From Candidatus Poribacteria bacterium (GTDB lineage: Bacteria > Poribacteria > WGA-4E > JAJDTR01), in the NCBI GenBank assembly GCA_965222225.1, contig CBDCTK010000002.1, positions 5,571,098 to 5,635,097 on the forward strand: a stretch of DNA of 64,000 bases, given 5' to 3'. The notes below the pieces were generated by a model. It was given only the letters and a program-made list of their open reading frames with translations. It made no database searches and was not told the DNA's origin. Shown one piece after another: positions 11,978-21,662 of this stretch (position 1 is its first letter; each line of letters begins with the position of its first letter). The position numbers and the translations under genes were made by a program.

Positions 11978-13999
11978 TTACGATTCAAGTTCTTTCATCT
12001 GATGCTTTTCAGCTAGGGCAACAACCCCACCAATCATCATAACGCCGACACCAATCCAAACGAGATTGATGAGAGGATTGTGGTAAACTTGAAGAGGAAC
12101 GAGTTGCCCCGACCGCACAAAGGAGGGCACGTCTTCCGGCAGCGGCCCCAAAGCAATATAGATATCGTTCAATCCGAATTGTCGGATGGCTGATTCTATC
12201 GTATCTTGTTCGCCTTGTCCCGCTCTATCGTAGAAACCACGCGCCGGACGCATGGTAGCAATCTTCTCGCCCCCTTTTTCAACGGCGATAACAACCCCAC
12301 CGCGCGAGTGATTTGAGTGCCTTTCCAGAAAAGCGTCCTCCATCGTCAGGGTGTATTGTCCGACATCCATTGACTCTCCGAGTTTCAGACTCTTTGATTC
12401 CAACAGGAAGTAGCCTTTGGACCCCATTATTCCGATGTACAGAATAACGATTCCAATGTGGACGATATAGCCGCCGTATCGTCGCTTATTGCGTTGAATG
12501 AGGCGCGAAAGCCCGTGAAAGAGAGAGGTTTCTCCACGCTTGGCCCTTAATTTTGCGCCGCGATAGAACTCGTCAAAGATGGCTACGCAAGCGAATACAC
12601 CGCCAAAGGCGCACAGTACAGAATAAACCGGTGTCGTGTGTCCTCTAAACGCAAGATAGCCCCACATTATTGCACCGCCGATCAATCCAAAGAGAATCGG
12701 TTTGGCGAACATTCGCTTGAAATTGCTCGGGGTCAATTTTTTCCATGAAATGATTGGGCCGGCACCCGTCAAGAAGAGAAGCAGTAGACCGGGAATGATA
12801 ACAACTTTATTGAAGAATGCTTCCGGTACGGCGGATTTATTTCCCGTAACTCCTTCCGTGATGATGGGCCACAGCGTCCCCCAAAGGATAATCAGCGTCA
12901 ATCCTACAAACATCCAGTTGTTAAGGAGGAACGCACTTTCGCGGGAGAGAATTGATTCGAGGCGGTTTGGACTTTTTAGGTCGTTCCACCGGTAGTAAAT
13001 CAACCAGGCAACGCCAAGGCAGGAAAACGCAATAAATCCCAAGAAATAGCCACCAATATCCGACTGTGCAAACGCATGCACAGAGGAAATTACCCCGCTG
13101 CGCGTGATGAACGTCCCCAACAGGGTGAACTCAAACGCCAGCGTAATCAGGACGATATTCCAGAGTTTGAGCATATTCCGTTTTTCTTGGATCATTACGG
13201 AATGAAGATAGGCAGTGCTCAGCAGCCATGGCATAAAGGAGGCGTTTTCGACCGGATCCCACGCCCAGTAGCCGCCCCAACCGAGTTCGCGATACGCCCA
13301 ATTTCCACCTAGCGTGATGCCGACCGTGAGAACCAGCCATGAGGCTATCACCCAACGCCGTGAGCGAAAGATCCAGTTGCTGCCGGTTTCTCCAGCTGCC
13401 AAGGCTCCAACCGCGTATGCAAACGGCACCGTCAAACTAACAAAGCCGATATAAAGGGACGGGGGATGAAACGCCATGCTGGGGGTTTGCAGCAACGGGT
13501 TCATTCCCGCGCCATCGGGGAGCGCCGCGCCGTTTGGGAAACGTGCTAGCGGATTGTACACTCCCTCAATTAGACCAGTGACGAGGATTATGAAGAAGAG
13601 TTGAACGGTTGAGATGGGGACCAGAGCGTAATCACCGAGCCGGTCTTTTGCTCGACGATTTTGCCAAGTGACCAGCGCTCCGAACAGTGTGAGAAGCCAG
13701 AGCCAGAACAGCAGGGAACCGGACATTCGTCCCCATAGCGCAGTAATCTTATACATCAAGGGTTGATCGTGGCTTGAGACCTCGGCGACGTATTTCATTG
13801 AAAAATCATCGGTCACAAAGCCGTAGATCAGCGCTCCAGTAGCCAAACTAATCAGAAGAAACGTGGCAACCACGCCGTTACGTCCGCTAATAATGGCGCC
13901 GGAACTCCTATAGCGCAAGCCTGTACAAAGCAGGACAATTGCCCATAAACAGGAGAACACCGATAGCCATATCGCGGCGTGACCTATTTCCGCTACCAT
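11978..13999 (-). CDS. ccmF: Heme lyase CcmF
   Basis: WWD motif LGWGGYWAWDPVENASFMPW, HPP and SVHAF. Confidence 0.97.
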   Translation of the reverse strand: MVAEIGHAAIWLSVFSCLWAIVLLCTGLRYRSSGAIISGRNGVVATFLLISLATGALIYGFVTDDFSMKYVAEVSSHDQPLMYKITALWGRMSGSLLFWLWLLTLFGALVTWQNRRAKDRLGDYALVPISTVQLFFIILVTGLIEGVYNPLARFPNGAALPDGAGMNPLLQTPSMAFHPPSLYIGFVSLTVPFAYAVGALAAGETGSNWIFRSRRWVIASWLVLTVGITLGGNWAYRELGWGGYWAWDPVENASFMPWLLSTAYLHSVMIQEKRNMLKLWNIVLITLAFEFTLLGTFITRSGVISSVHAFAQSDIGGYFLGFIAFSCLGVAWLIYYRWNDLKSPNRLESILSRESAFLLNNWMFVGLTLIILWGTLWPIITEGVTGNKSAVPEAFFNKVVIIPGLLLLFLTGAGPIISWKKLTPSNFKRMFAKPILFGLIGGAIMWGYLAFRGHTTPVYSVLCAFGGVFACVAIFDEFYRGAKLRAKRGETSLFHGLSRLIQRNKRRYGGYIVHIGIVILYIGIMGSKGYFLLESKSLKLGESMDVGQYTLTMEDAFLERHSNHSRGGVVIAVEKGGEKIATMRPARGFYDRAGQGEQDTIESAIRQFGLNDIYIALGPLPEDVPSFVRSGQLVPLQVYHNPLINLVWIGVGVMMIGGVVALAEKHQMKELES

Positions 14000-14027
14000 A
14001 CCTTACTCCCTCACTACGCACCGCTTG

Positions 14028-14453
14028 TCAATAATCGGCGGTGCCTCCCGCGTTTTCAGCGGCTTCATACTTGGAGGCGCACTTCGTTGTCAATTTTGAG
14101 GCGGTTATGAGGTTGCGCTCTGCGTCGTATTTCCCTTCAACAAAGACATTTCCGCCCTCTTTGAAGTTGTCGGGTTTGAGTTTCGAGTAGATTACATTGA
14201 CTGTCGATTCCCTCTGACGGTCGCGTATGGCGAAGGTTAGCTCAAACTCCGCCGCATCCCATTTCGGACTTCCTTCCAAGATGAGTCCATCTACTTGAAC
14301 GCCTTTATTATCGACCGAGGCGGCATTAGCGACCAACTGATCAGGGGTGTAATGTCGAATACTGGTGTTTCTGATACCTGCAACAACCAGGAACGCCATC
14401 GCAGAAGCCAGTATGACGCTTGCGGCAATGATTTTGGTTCTTTGACGTCGCAT
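14028..14453 (-). CDS. ccmE: Heme chaperone CcmE, CxxxY type
   Basis: N-terminal TM, PDNFKEG and KCASKY; upstream of ccmF. Confidence 0.92.
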   Translation of the reverse strand: MRRQRTKIIAASVILASAMAFLVVAGIRNTSIRHYTPDQLVANAASVDNKGVQVDGLILEGSPKWDAAEFELTFAIRDRQRESTVNVIYSKLKPDNFKEGGNVFVEGKYDAERNLITASKLTTKCASKYEAAENAGGTADY

Positions 14454-14743
14454 TTCGATACTCCTTGTGTTTGTACGAGCTCGCGCTCAAGGTTGCACTT
14501 GCCTAAATATTACCTTGATTTCATCGGGAATACAAACGAAAATCCCGTTGCGGCGATGGATTGGCTCGGGATCTTGCCCGCTGACCACGATTTCCCGTGA
14601 GTGTTCGTGAGTGTTAAGGATTAGATTCTACCACATCTTACACGAAATGGTGAGAAGTAAGAGAGGGAAATCAGTGATTTCACGATTACCAATCCGGTCA
14701 AACAGGAGTGCAAAAGAGAGTAACCGAGTTTTCCAAGAAAAAA

Positions 14744-14780
14744 GGGATCTCTATCGCACTCCCTATTTGGTCGCTTGATC
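14744..14780 (+). repeat. 37-bp dispersed unit
   Basis: GGGATCTCTATCGCACTCCCTATTTGGTCGCTTGATC. Confidence 0.9.
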
Positions 14781-14877
14781 GGTTTCGTCCACGAAAGCAA
14801 ATCAATGGCTTGATAACTGTCAATCCCTATAGCTTCCAGGATCAGGTGCGATTGCTCTTAGCGCTTCAGGAATCACC

Positions 14878-14906
14878 TTGACAGGGATTTCGCAGCAAAG
14901 TACAAT
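14878..14906 (+). promoter_or_regulatory. Sigma70-type promoter
   Basis: TTGACA (14878-14883), 17-bp spacer, TACAAT (14901-14906), upstream of the ORF at 14969. Confidence 0.7.
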
Positions 14907-14968
14907 ATACGAATGGGTCTCCACGTTTTGTTGGCATTTCAGGACAGAGGAGCAAGGAGGACGTTCTC

Positions 14969-16210
14969 ATGAAAAGGCAGACATTTCATCCTAAACCCAC
15001 TTTCTTCGCCACGCCCCTGATAATTCTATGCTTGATAGGTTTTACCCTCCCTAATAGTTATGGGGCATCCAAGCGCATCGCGGTTTTGTATTTTAAAGAT
15101 TATAGCCAGTTCGATTCGCCAACCGGCTGCGGCTGCATCCCGGGCGTCATCGGCGAAATTTTCAGTGGCAAAAAACGGTTGTGGAATCTTGAAGCAGGGT
15201 TTACGGGTTTGTTGAATCGAAGACTTAAGGCGACGGAGGTATATGAGCCCATCCCGCAAGATGAGATTCTTGATGCAATGAAGCATTTGGGATTCTCTCG
15301 CAAGGATGTAAGAAAGAACGCCGAGGTGCGAAAATTGCTTGCCGAGCAGTTAAAAGCCGAGGCACTTGTAGTGGGCAGCGTCCGCAAATTCGGTCAAGAG
15401 CGAGCACGTGCAAATGCCTCTCGCTCGTTGCAACAGGGAAGTAGACAAGGTGGAGTAGCCAGCAGCTATCTAACAGGTGTACAGGTGTTGGGTTACGTCT
15501 ATACAGCGCGTATTAAGCTGGAAATGCAGTTCTATGGCGCGTCCGGCAAAGAGGTGGCTACGCCCGAGGTTTCCGCGAGCAGACGACATCAACTCGGCGG
15601 GGCACAAATTGCGGCGTTCCAAGTCATTGCGACGGAGGAAGGGACGGAACTTAACTTTGGGCAGTCACCTCGTGCGGACAGGAAGTTTCGCCCTATCGTT
15701 CGTCCGGGAGAGGTAAGCAGCATAGCCTTCGGCACTCCACAGTATGATCAGACGCTACTCGGTATGGTGACAGACGACGTATTGTTAAAGGTGGTGAAAA
15801 AACTGCGCCTGCATGTTGGTCCTGCATTTATCTTACCGTCGGAAGTCGCGGCGCTGGAAAAAAGGAACAACGGAGCGCGCGGCGAGTTGAAGTCTTCATC
15901 GGGTCCCATCACCGGAACGATTATCCATATAGACGCAAAAGATCAGAAGAACGCTTATATCAATGTTGGTTCCGCGATGGGCGTCCAAGTCCAACAGCAG
16001 TTAATCGTTTATGCGAAGGGAGAGCCGTTAACGGATCCGGATACAGGCGATGTGATAGATTATCTTCCTGTCAAGGTAGGTAAAATCGAAGTTGCCGAGG
16101 TGCGAAACGATCGTGTGTCCAGAGTAAATATCATTGAGGGATTCGGCGAAGTTAAAATTGGGCACAGGGTTCGAGGAAGCACGGTCGCACTACCAAAAAA
16201 CGGCGAGTAA
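14969..16210 (+). CDS. Exported protein with CsgG-like N-domain and FlgT-C-like domain
   Basis: AGGAGG RBS, signal peptide, RIAVLYF, C-terminal YINVGS and GEPLTDPDTG motifs. Confidence 0.65.
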   Translation: MKRQTFHPKPTFFATPLIILCLIGFTLPNSYGASKRIAVLYFKDYSQFDSPTGCGCIPGVIGEIFSGKKRLWNLEAGFTGLLNRRLKATEVYEPIPQDEILDAMKHLGFSRKDVRKNAEVRKLLAEQLKAEALVVGSVRKFGQERARANASRSLQQGSRQGGVASSYLTGVQVLGYVYTARIKLEMQFYGASGKEVATPEVSASRRHQLGGAQIAAFQVIATEEGTELNFGQSPRADRKFRPIVRPGEVSSIAFGTPQYDQTLLGMVTDDVLLKVVKKLRLHVGPAFILPSEVAALEKRNNGARGELKSSSGPITGTIIHIDAKDQKNAYINVGSAMGVQVQQQLIVYAKGEPLTDPDTGDVIDYLPVKVGKIEVAEVRNDRVSRVNIIEGFGEVKIGHRVRGSTVALPKNGE

Positions 16211-16404
16211 CTGAGCGTGCGGTCTGGATTTGGCAATCCAGACCGAGCAGTACGAGGGGTCGCCGAACAGAGAAGCGTAATGTGAATTGCGCAAGTCCTA
16301 TCCAAGTCCTAATCTAGGTTAAAACAGACTTCCATTTCTAGCGTATTCGACGTTTTTCTCGATTCAAGTTTTCCGCAACTCCGAATGGGAGTGGAACGCC
16401 ATCT

Positions 16405-17364
16405 ATGGACAACGACCCAATGATGATATTTGCTGGCAGCGGCAGCCAGCAACTCACCCAAAAAATCTGTCGGTATCTCCGTGTATCTACCGGGAAAAAT
16501 GAGGTCATCCAATTCTCCGACGGAAACACGTTCGTCCGCGTCCTTGAGAACGTTCGAGGTCGGCACGTCTATATCGTCCAATCCACCATATTTCCCACGA
16601 ACGACAACTTCATGGAACTCCTCTTCTGGATCGATGCCCTGAAGCGTGCGAGCGCCGAGTCTGTGACGGCAGTGATTCCGTATCTTAGCTATGCGAAGGG
16701 AGACAAGAAGGATGAACCGCGCGTCTCGATTCGGGCGCGAGTCTGTGCGGATGCGATTGAGGTGGCTGGCGCCGATCGCGTTGTGACGATGGATTTACAC
16801 GCAGCTCAGATTCAGGGGTTCTTCCGGATTCCGGTCGACAATCTCTATGCTCAACGTGTGCTTTGCCAAGAGATTGAGGAGATGAATTTAAGGGATATTG
16901 TCATCGTTGCACCGGACACTGGATTCGCAAAGGATGCGAGGCGCTATGCCTCCTATCTGCGCACGTCCGTCGCCATCGCGGACAAACGGCGCCCGGGACA
17001 CAACGAGAAGGCGGAAATCTTGGAGATTATCGGCGAAGTCAGCGGCAAAACAGCAGTGGTTGTCGACGATTTCACCATTTCCGGCGGGACGTTGGTGAAT
17101 GTGTCAACGGAGTTAATGGATCGGGGTGCAAAGGAGGTCTATGCAGTCGTTTCTCATGGGGTGTTCGCCGAGCAGGCGGCGCAGAAGATTGATGATAGCC
17201 CTATCACACGACTCCTCGCCACAGACACGGTCGAGAATCATCCGAATTCGCTGCCGAAAAAGATTCAGTTTGTCTCCGTTGCTCCCCTGTTTGGGGAGGC
17301 TATTCGGCGCATCCACAATCGAGAAAGCATCAGCGCAATGTTCCCGGACAGCAACAATCTCTAA
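16405..17364 (+). CDS. prs: Ribose-phosphate pyrophosphokinase
   Basis: FSDGN, PYLSYAK, DLHAAQIQGFF and VVDDFTISGGT. Confidence 0.95.
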   Translation: MDNDPMMIFAGSGSQQLTQKICRYLRVSTGKNEVIQFSDGNTFVRVLENVRGRHVYIVQSTIFPTNDNFMELLFWIDALKRASAESVTAVIPYLSYAKGDKKDEPRVSIRARVCADAIEVAGADRVVTMDLHAAQIQGFFRIPVDNLYAQRVLCQEIEEMNLRDIVIVAPDTGFAKDARRYASYLRTSVAIADKRRPGHNEKAEILEIIGEVSGKTAVVVDDFTISGGTLVNVSTELMDRGAKEVYAVVSHGVFAEQAAQKIDDSPITRLLATDTVENHPNSLPKKIQFVSVAPLFGEAIRRIHNRESISAMFPDSNNL

Positions 17365-18665
17365 GCACGCGAGGTTGTGCGCATTTCAAACTCTTTCTCA
17401 TCGGCGAAAACCATGAGATCGAAGAAGGTCTGGATGTCTGTGCGACTTGGATCGAGTTTGTTGATCAACTTGGTGAAGAACGCGCGATGCCTTTCGGTTT
17501 CCGGACGGTGATTTATCATCTCGCCATTGAAGGCAGCGATTTCGTCTGAAGTCTTCGGCGCTCGTGCCTGTACCCAATCTATTACATCGTTGTCACCGGG
17601 CAGGTGCTTGATAAGGTGGAGAAACTCCTGCGGGGTGACGCCGATAAACTGAAGTACCTGCCTATCGTGTCCGGAATCCTCGCCGTACCAGTAGTCGCCG
17701 ATTGAGTCGGTGTCGAGCGCCTTGGCTTTGTCAAGTGTACGCGCCAAGCCAGCGATGCCCGCAACCTCCGTGTTGTACGGGCTGCGGGGCGCATGCCGAG
17801 CGAGATCGATGATGCCAAAAGCGCGTTCATCGTCAAGGTCTTGAAGTTCCGCCCATGTTGAAATGTCGGTACGATTCGGATCGACCTCACGGATTCGGGA
17901 CTCTAGGTAAGCCTTCGCTTCCGCGTCCTCCGCCCCCCGATTCACCATAGCGTGATTAAAGTCATCAATTTTTTTCGGTTGGACGCGGCTCTGCTCCAAC
18001 ACCCATTCCCCCAATTCACAATCGTTGGGATTCTTGGCAGCCGCCTCCTGGAAGTCGTTCGCCGACACTTCTAGGAACTCCAATATGATGCGGTCCTGTC
18101 CGGAATCCTCCCCATATTGATATTTGCCGTTCTTTCCGGCTTGCACGGCGCGCGCTTTATCCGCCATTCGCGCGACCCCGAAGATTCCCGCTACGTCTTT
18201 TGAGCGTGGACTGCGAGGCGGTTTCTTCGTCAAATTCTTCTGCCAAAAATTCCCCCAATCGTCCAATTCGATCGACTGAAAAATGGTCTTGATGTCGGTT
18301 CTTCCCGGCGCGTATTTGGAAATGCGGTCTTTCACACGCTGCTTGTATTCCTCCGTCTCGGGTAGGCGTTCCAATTCGGTTTGATTGAATTGGTGGATTG
18401 CTTCTTGCGAAATACCGCTTCTCTCGACAATCCATTTGTTTAAGGACTGGTCATCATGCTCGTCCGCCGCTTCGGCGAACTCTTCGGCAGAGATGCCGAG
18501 AAGCGCCAGGATTTTACGGTCCAATCCTGAGTTTTCACCGTAAAGAAATTCCCCACGTGTCTCATCGTTGTGTGCTCTAGCTTTGTCAGTCATTCGTGCA
18601 GCCCCAACAATACCCCCAATGCCGAGGTTCGATGGGCGACGTGGCGGCTGTCGTGTCAGGTCCAT
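17361..18665 (-). CDS. DUF5069-like protein with three tandem domains
   Basis: Three copies of DLTxxPPRSP..GIxGxARxxDKARA..YGEDSGxD. Confidence 0.75.
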   Translation of the reverse strand: MDLTRQPPRRPSNLGIGGIVGAARMTDKARAHNDETRGEFLYGENSGLDRKILALLGISAEEFAEAADEHDDQSLNKWIVERSGISQEAIHQFNQTELERLPETEEYKQRVKDRISKYAPGRTDIKTIFQSIELDDWGNFWQKNLTKKPPRSPRSKDVAGIFGVARMADKARAVQAGKNGKYQYGEDSGQDRIILEFLEVSANDFQEAAAKNPNDCELGEWVLEQSRVQPKKIDDFNHAMVNRGAEDAEAKAYLESRIREVDPNRTDISTWAELQDLDDERAFGIIDLARHAPRSPYNTEVAGIAGLARTLDKAKALDTDSIGDYWYGEDSGHDRQVLQFIGVTPQEFLHLIKHLPGDNDVIDWVQARAPKTSDEIAAFNGEMINHRPETERHRAFFTKLINKLDPSRTDIQTFFDLMVFADEKEFEMRTTSRA

Positions 18666-19116
18666 GAAGTGTTTTCCTTTCCATTTAGAGAGGTTGTTTT
18701 TTCAAGTACGAGTGAATTTGAAGACCTTGATTCTATAATACTCTGAAGACGGGAGTCGGTGCAAGAGAATAGGGAGTGTTACGGGGCAATCGCGTCTGTT
18801 TTGGGGTGTGAGGTTGGTTGCCAGTGCACACCCTACAAGAAGTGGTGCATAGATTTCATATTGTTATGATGGTCGCGGATTCTCTAGAATCAGGTGCGAT
18901 TGCCCGGATGTTTTGGAGCGAATCTCTTGACGCCGTGTGGAGATAATGCTAGCATTGAGGTTTGCAGGTTTGTACAAATCTTTCAATTGAAAGACTTCCA
19001 ATTGCCAACTCTCTTTAGAATTTGCACTCAAAACTAAAGCACCATGAAACTTGATTGTTGCTAGGTTCAAACTCGGACCGAATTGAAGTTGAACCAACAA
19101 AATTAGGAGGCCTGGA

Positions 19117-19597
19117 ATAGCATATAGTAACGTACCCATTGGAACATCCAACCCCACCTGCTTTGTGACTTTGGTTGATCAATCCGCTTCAATGAGCGAA
19201 TATTGGGGCTCCGGCACTACGAAAGCAGAAGGGGCTACACGCGCCGTAAATCGTGTGATTGAGGAGCTTGTTTTGGCGTGTCGAGCGGGAGAAAATGTAA
19301 AGGCCCGATGTTACGTCTCTGTTATTGGCTACGGCGGCTTCGGCGAGCGGGTCGATTGCGTCGTTGATGGCATGATATCAGAGGTTGCTTCAGCACTTAT
19401 TGCTGTCAAGAAAGTCAAGAAGCGCATCCTCAACGGGGCAGGAGGGGTTATTGAGGTTGACGTGGAATCCCAGCACTGGAAAGCACAAACGAACACTCAC
19501 CGGCCATACGGGACAAGTGTTCGGCGTCACGTTTAGCCCAGATGGGACAACGCTTGCTAGCGCGAGTGCCGATAGAACCATCCGTCTGTGGCACTAG
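19117..19597 (+). pseudogene. Chimeric remnant: vWA-protein N-terminus joined to the last repeat of a WD40 gene
   Basis: AGGAGG then ATA in place of ATG at 19117; NPTCFVTLVDQSASMS (MIDAS DxSxS); from about 19462 another frame reads TLTGHTGQVFGVTFSPDGTTLASASADRTIRLW. Confidence 0.75.
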
Positions 19598-19748
19598 ACC
19601 CCTGACACATTTCTTGTATTGCTGAGTTCTTGTAAATAAAAAGATAGCCAAATACTTCCGTTGGATGCTGAGTAAATTCAGGTTCGTCCACGAAACATTC
19701 TCCTTTTTTGCTTCCGACTCTTCTTTGCGGAATAACTCTAATGACGGT

Positions 19749-21662
19749 TTAAGGTTGATTGAGCTCTTCAACTACCCTCCTGATTTCTTTTGCTATATCA
19801 GTAAAGGCTTCATCTTGATTCTCCCATTTCGTCACAGGTAGCACATTCTTAGGTAACGCCTGAAGTTTTCCAAATGGCGCTTCCTTCCAATCCACTGGGC
19901 GGAGAATTATGGGAATCACACGAGCGTCTCCAGCGGAGTGTCGTTTCAATGCTAGGTCCATCTCAACATCAGAACAATAATCAGATGCAATGAAGTCAGA
20001 ACTGATAAGCAAAAGAATAATGTGCGCGGTTTTCAAATGTTCATGAATCTCCCCTTCCCATTCTCTACCACCCGTTATCTTCCGATAGTGCCAATCTTCA
20101 ATGGCTCCCTGTCGTCTCAAAATAGAAAGATGGTTCTCAAGCTGTTCGCGTAGTCCCTCATCTTTATGGGAGTAGGAATAAAAGACCTCAATACCATTCG
20201 ACTGTGATTTTGCACTCATCAGATATTCTCTCTTTGCAATCATTTGAAGGAAGGAATCCGGTTGCAATTGATTGTACGGATTATCATGTATCTCCCGCAT
20301 TCTACGGATTGCGTCTCCTATATGTTTACCATGACGATAGCATAGGTCCCAGATTTTCTCAATTTTTTCTTGATCGTTCGCACCGGGTACATAGTCAATG
20401 AAACCAGCTAACTCACCAAGCATCTCGCGATAAAAGGTTTCAAGATTGAACGACGCGAATTTGTTGGCCAGACGTACATAATCAATAAGTGTTGTTCTAA
20501 CTTTATCTTCTTTGATTTCATTCATGATGAAATCTGATGTGTAAATGCCATCTTCGTCTACATCATCTAATTTCGAACCATAGGCCGCAAATCTTCTGTC
20601 AATACATTGGGAACAACCTCCACAGTGCGTTGCTTGACCAAGATGCTGAAATGTCTGACTGCAGGATACAGTACTCGTTATCAGGTCTTTTCGACCTAGC
20701 TCGGCTAGGCGATTAAAGATGTCTGTTTTGGTTTTCCACAAGAAGGGAGTCGTAATCTTGATTTTCGAATCTTCAATTACCGAAAACAGATTTTCGAGAA
20801 GAACAATTGTTCTTGGATGGGTTGTACGACTCGCTCTTGCATTAATTTGGTCTTGCCGTTTGGGAAAGTTAATTGAAGTAACTCCGTTTTCGTAGACAAA
20901 AATCTCACGCTGTTGTAGGACACATGACAAAGCGTAGCCAATGGATGTGTATAAAAAAGCGCGGGTCCGCTGCGATTCCTCTTTGGCTCGAATCCTGCGT
21001 AAACTGCAATGAAATTTATAGTGGCGAATTCGATTTGGATAGAATCTACATAATGCTTTAATTAACTGACGTTGCGTTTTTATGGTTTTCGGCTGCCCGG
21101 ATTGGTGGCTAATCAACCAGAGTTGGTCGGAAGAGTGTTCAAGCTGCTCTACAACGCCGACCAGCGAATCCAGCCCGCCTGAATAGAGAATGACCTTAGT
21201 ATTTGGCAGTGGTTCAATCACGCACGTTTCATCATCAAACAGACCCGTCTGGGGCGTGGAATGCCCGGGTTGGAAAGTAAAGTGATACGCTTTATCGCCT
21301 GACATGAACAACAGGGCTTCTTTGAGTTTTTCTTTAACTTCCGGCGTATTCCAGAAGTCATAATCTCGAACCTTTACTACAAAGTGAAATGACCGTGCCC
21401 AGCTATGGAACTCTAGGCTACTGTTGTGCCCACGAAAAATCCGTCGATCTGCGCAATAGACGTAAGCCGCAATCTCTAACAAATCAAGGATGCGCTTGGG
21501 AAGATAAAATACGTCACGAATAAAATCGGGAAGTGCGAGTTTAACATTGGAATTTGGCGAAACTAATTCTCTATATTCGAGAATAATAGGTTCAATATTA
21601 GCCCATTGCTTAGGCAAATCCGCCCCGTTACATAATACAATTTGCGGAGAGGTGTTTTTCAT
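19749..21662 (-). CDS. QueC/QatC-family PP-loop enzyme fused to a C-terminal TIR domain
   Basis: YSGGLDS PP-loop, QRTRAFLY, SC..HCGGCSQCIDRR Zn site; TIR VFYSYSHKD, LLISSDFIASDYCSDVE and RVIPIILRP. Confidence 0.9.
   Translation of the reverse strand: MKNTSPQIVLCNGADLPKQWANIEPIILEYRELVSPNSNVKLALPDFIRDVFYLPKRILDLLEIAAYVYCADRRIFRGHNSSLEFHSWARSFHFVVKVRDYDFWNTPEVKEKLKEALLFMSGDKAYHFTFQPGHSTPQTGLFDDETCVIEPLPNTKVILYSGGLDSLVGVVEQLEHSSDQLWLISHQSGQPKTIKTQRQLIKALCRFYPNRIRHYKFHCSLRRIRAKEESQRTRAFLYTSIGYALSCVLQQREIFVYENGVTSINFPKRQDQINARASRTTHPRTIVLLENLFSVIEDSKIKITTPFLWKTKTDIFNRLAELGRKDLITSTVSCSQTFQHLGQATHCGGCSQCIDRRFAAYGSKLDDVDEDGIYTSDFIMNEIKEDKVRTTLIDYVRLANKFASFNLETFYREMLGELAGFIDYVPGANDQEKIEKIWDLCYRHGKHIGDAIRRMREIHDNPYNQLQPDSFLQMIAKREYLMSAKSQSNGIEVFYSYSHKDEGLREQLENHLSILRRQGAIEDWHYRKITGGREWEGEIHEHLKTAHIILLLISSDFIASDYCSDVEMDLALKRHSAGDARVIPIILRPVDWKEAPFGKLQALPKNVLPVTKWENQDEAFTDIAKEIRRVVEELNQP

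Noticed and set aside
19749-21662. Housekeeping queC for queuosine synthesis
   Set aside because: The protein is far longer than QueC, has QatC-like extensions and a TIR fusion, and has no que genes nearby.
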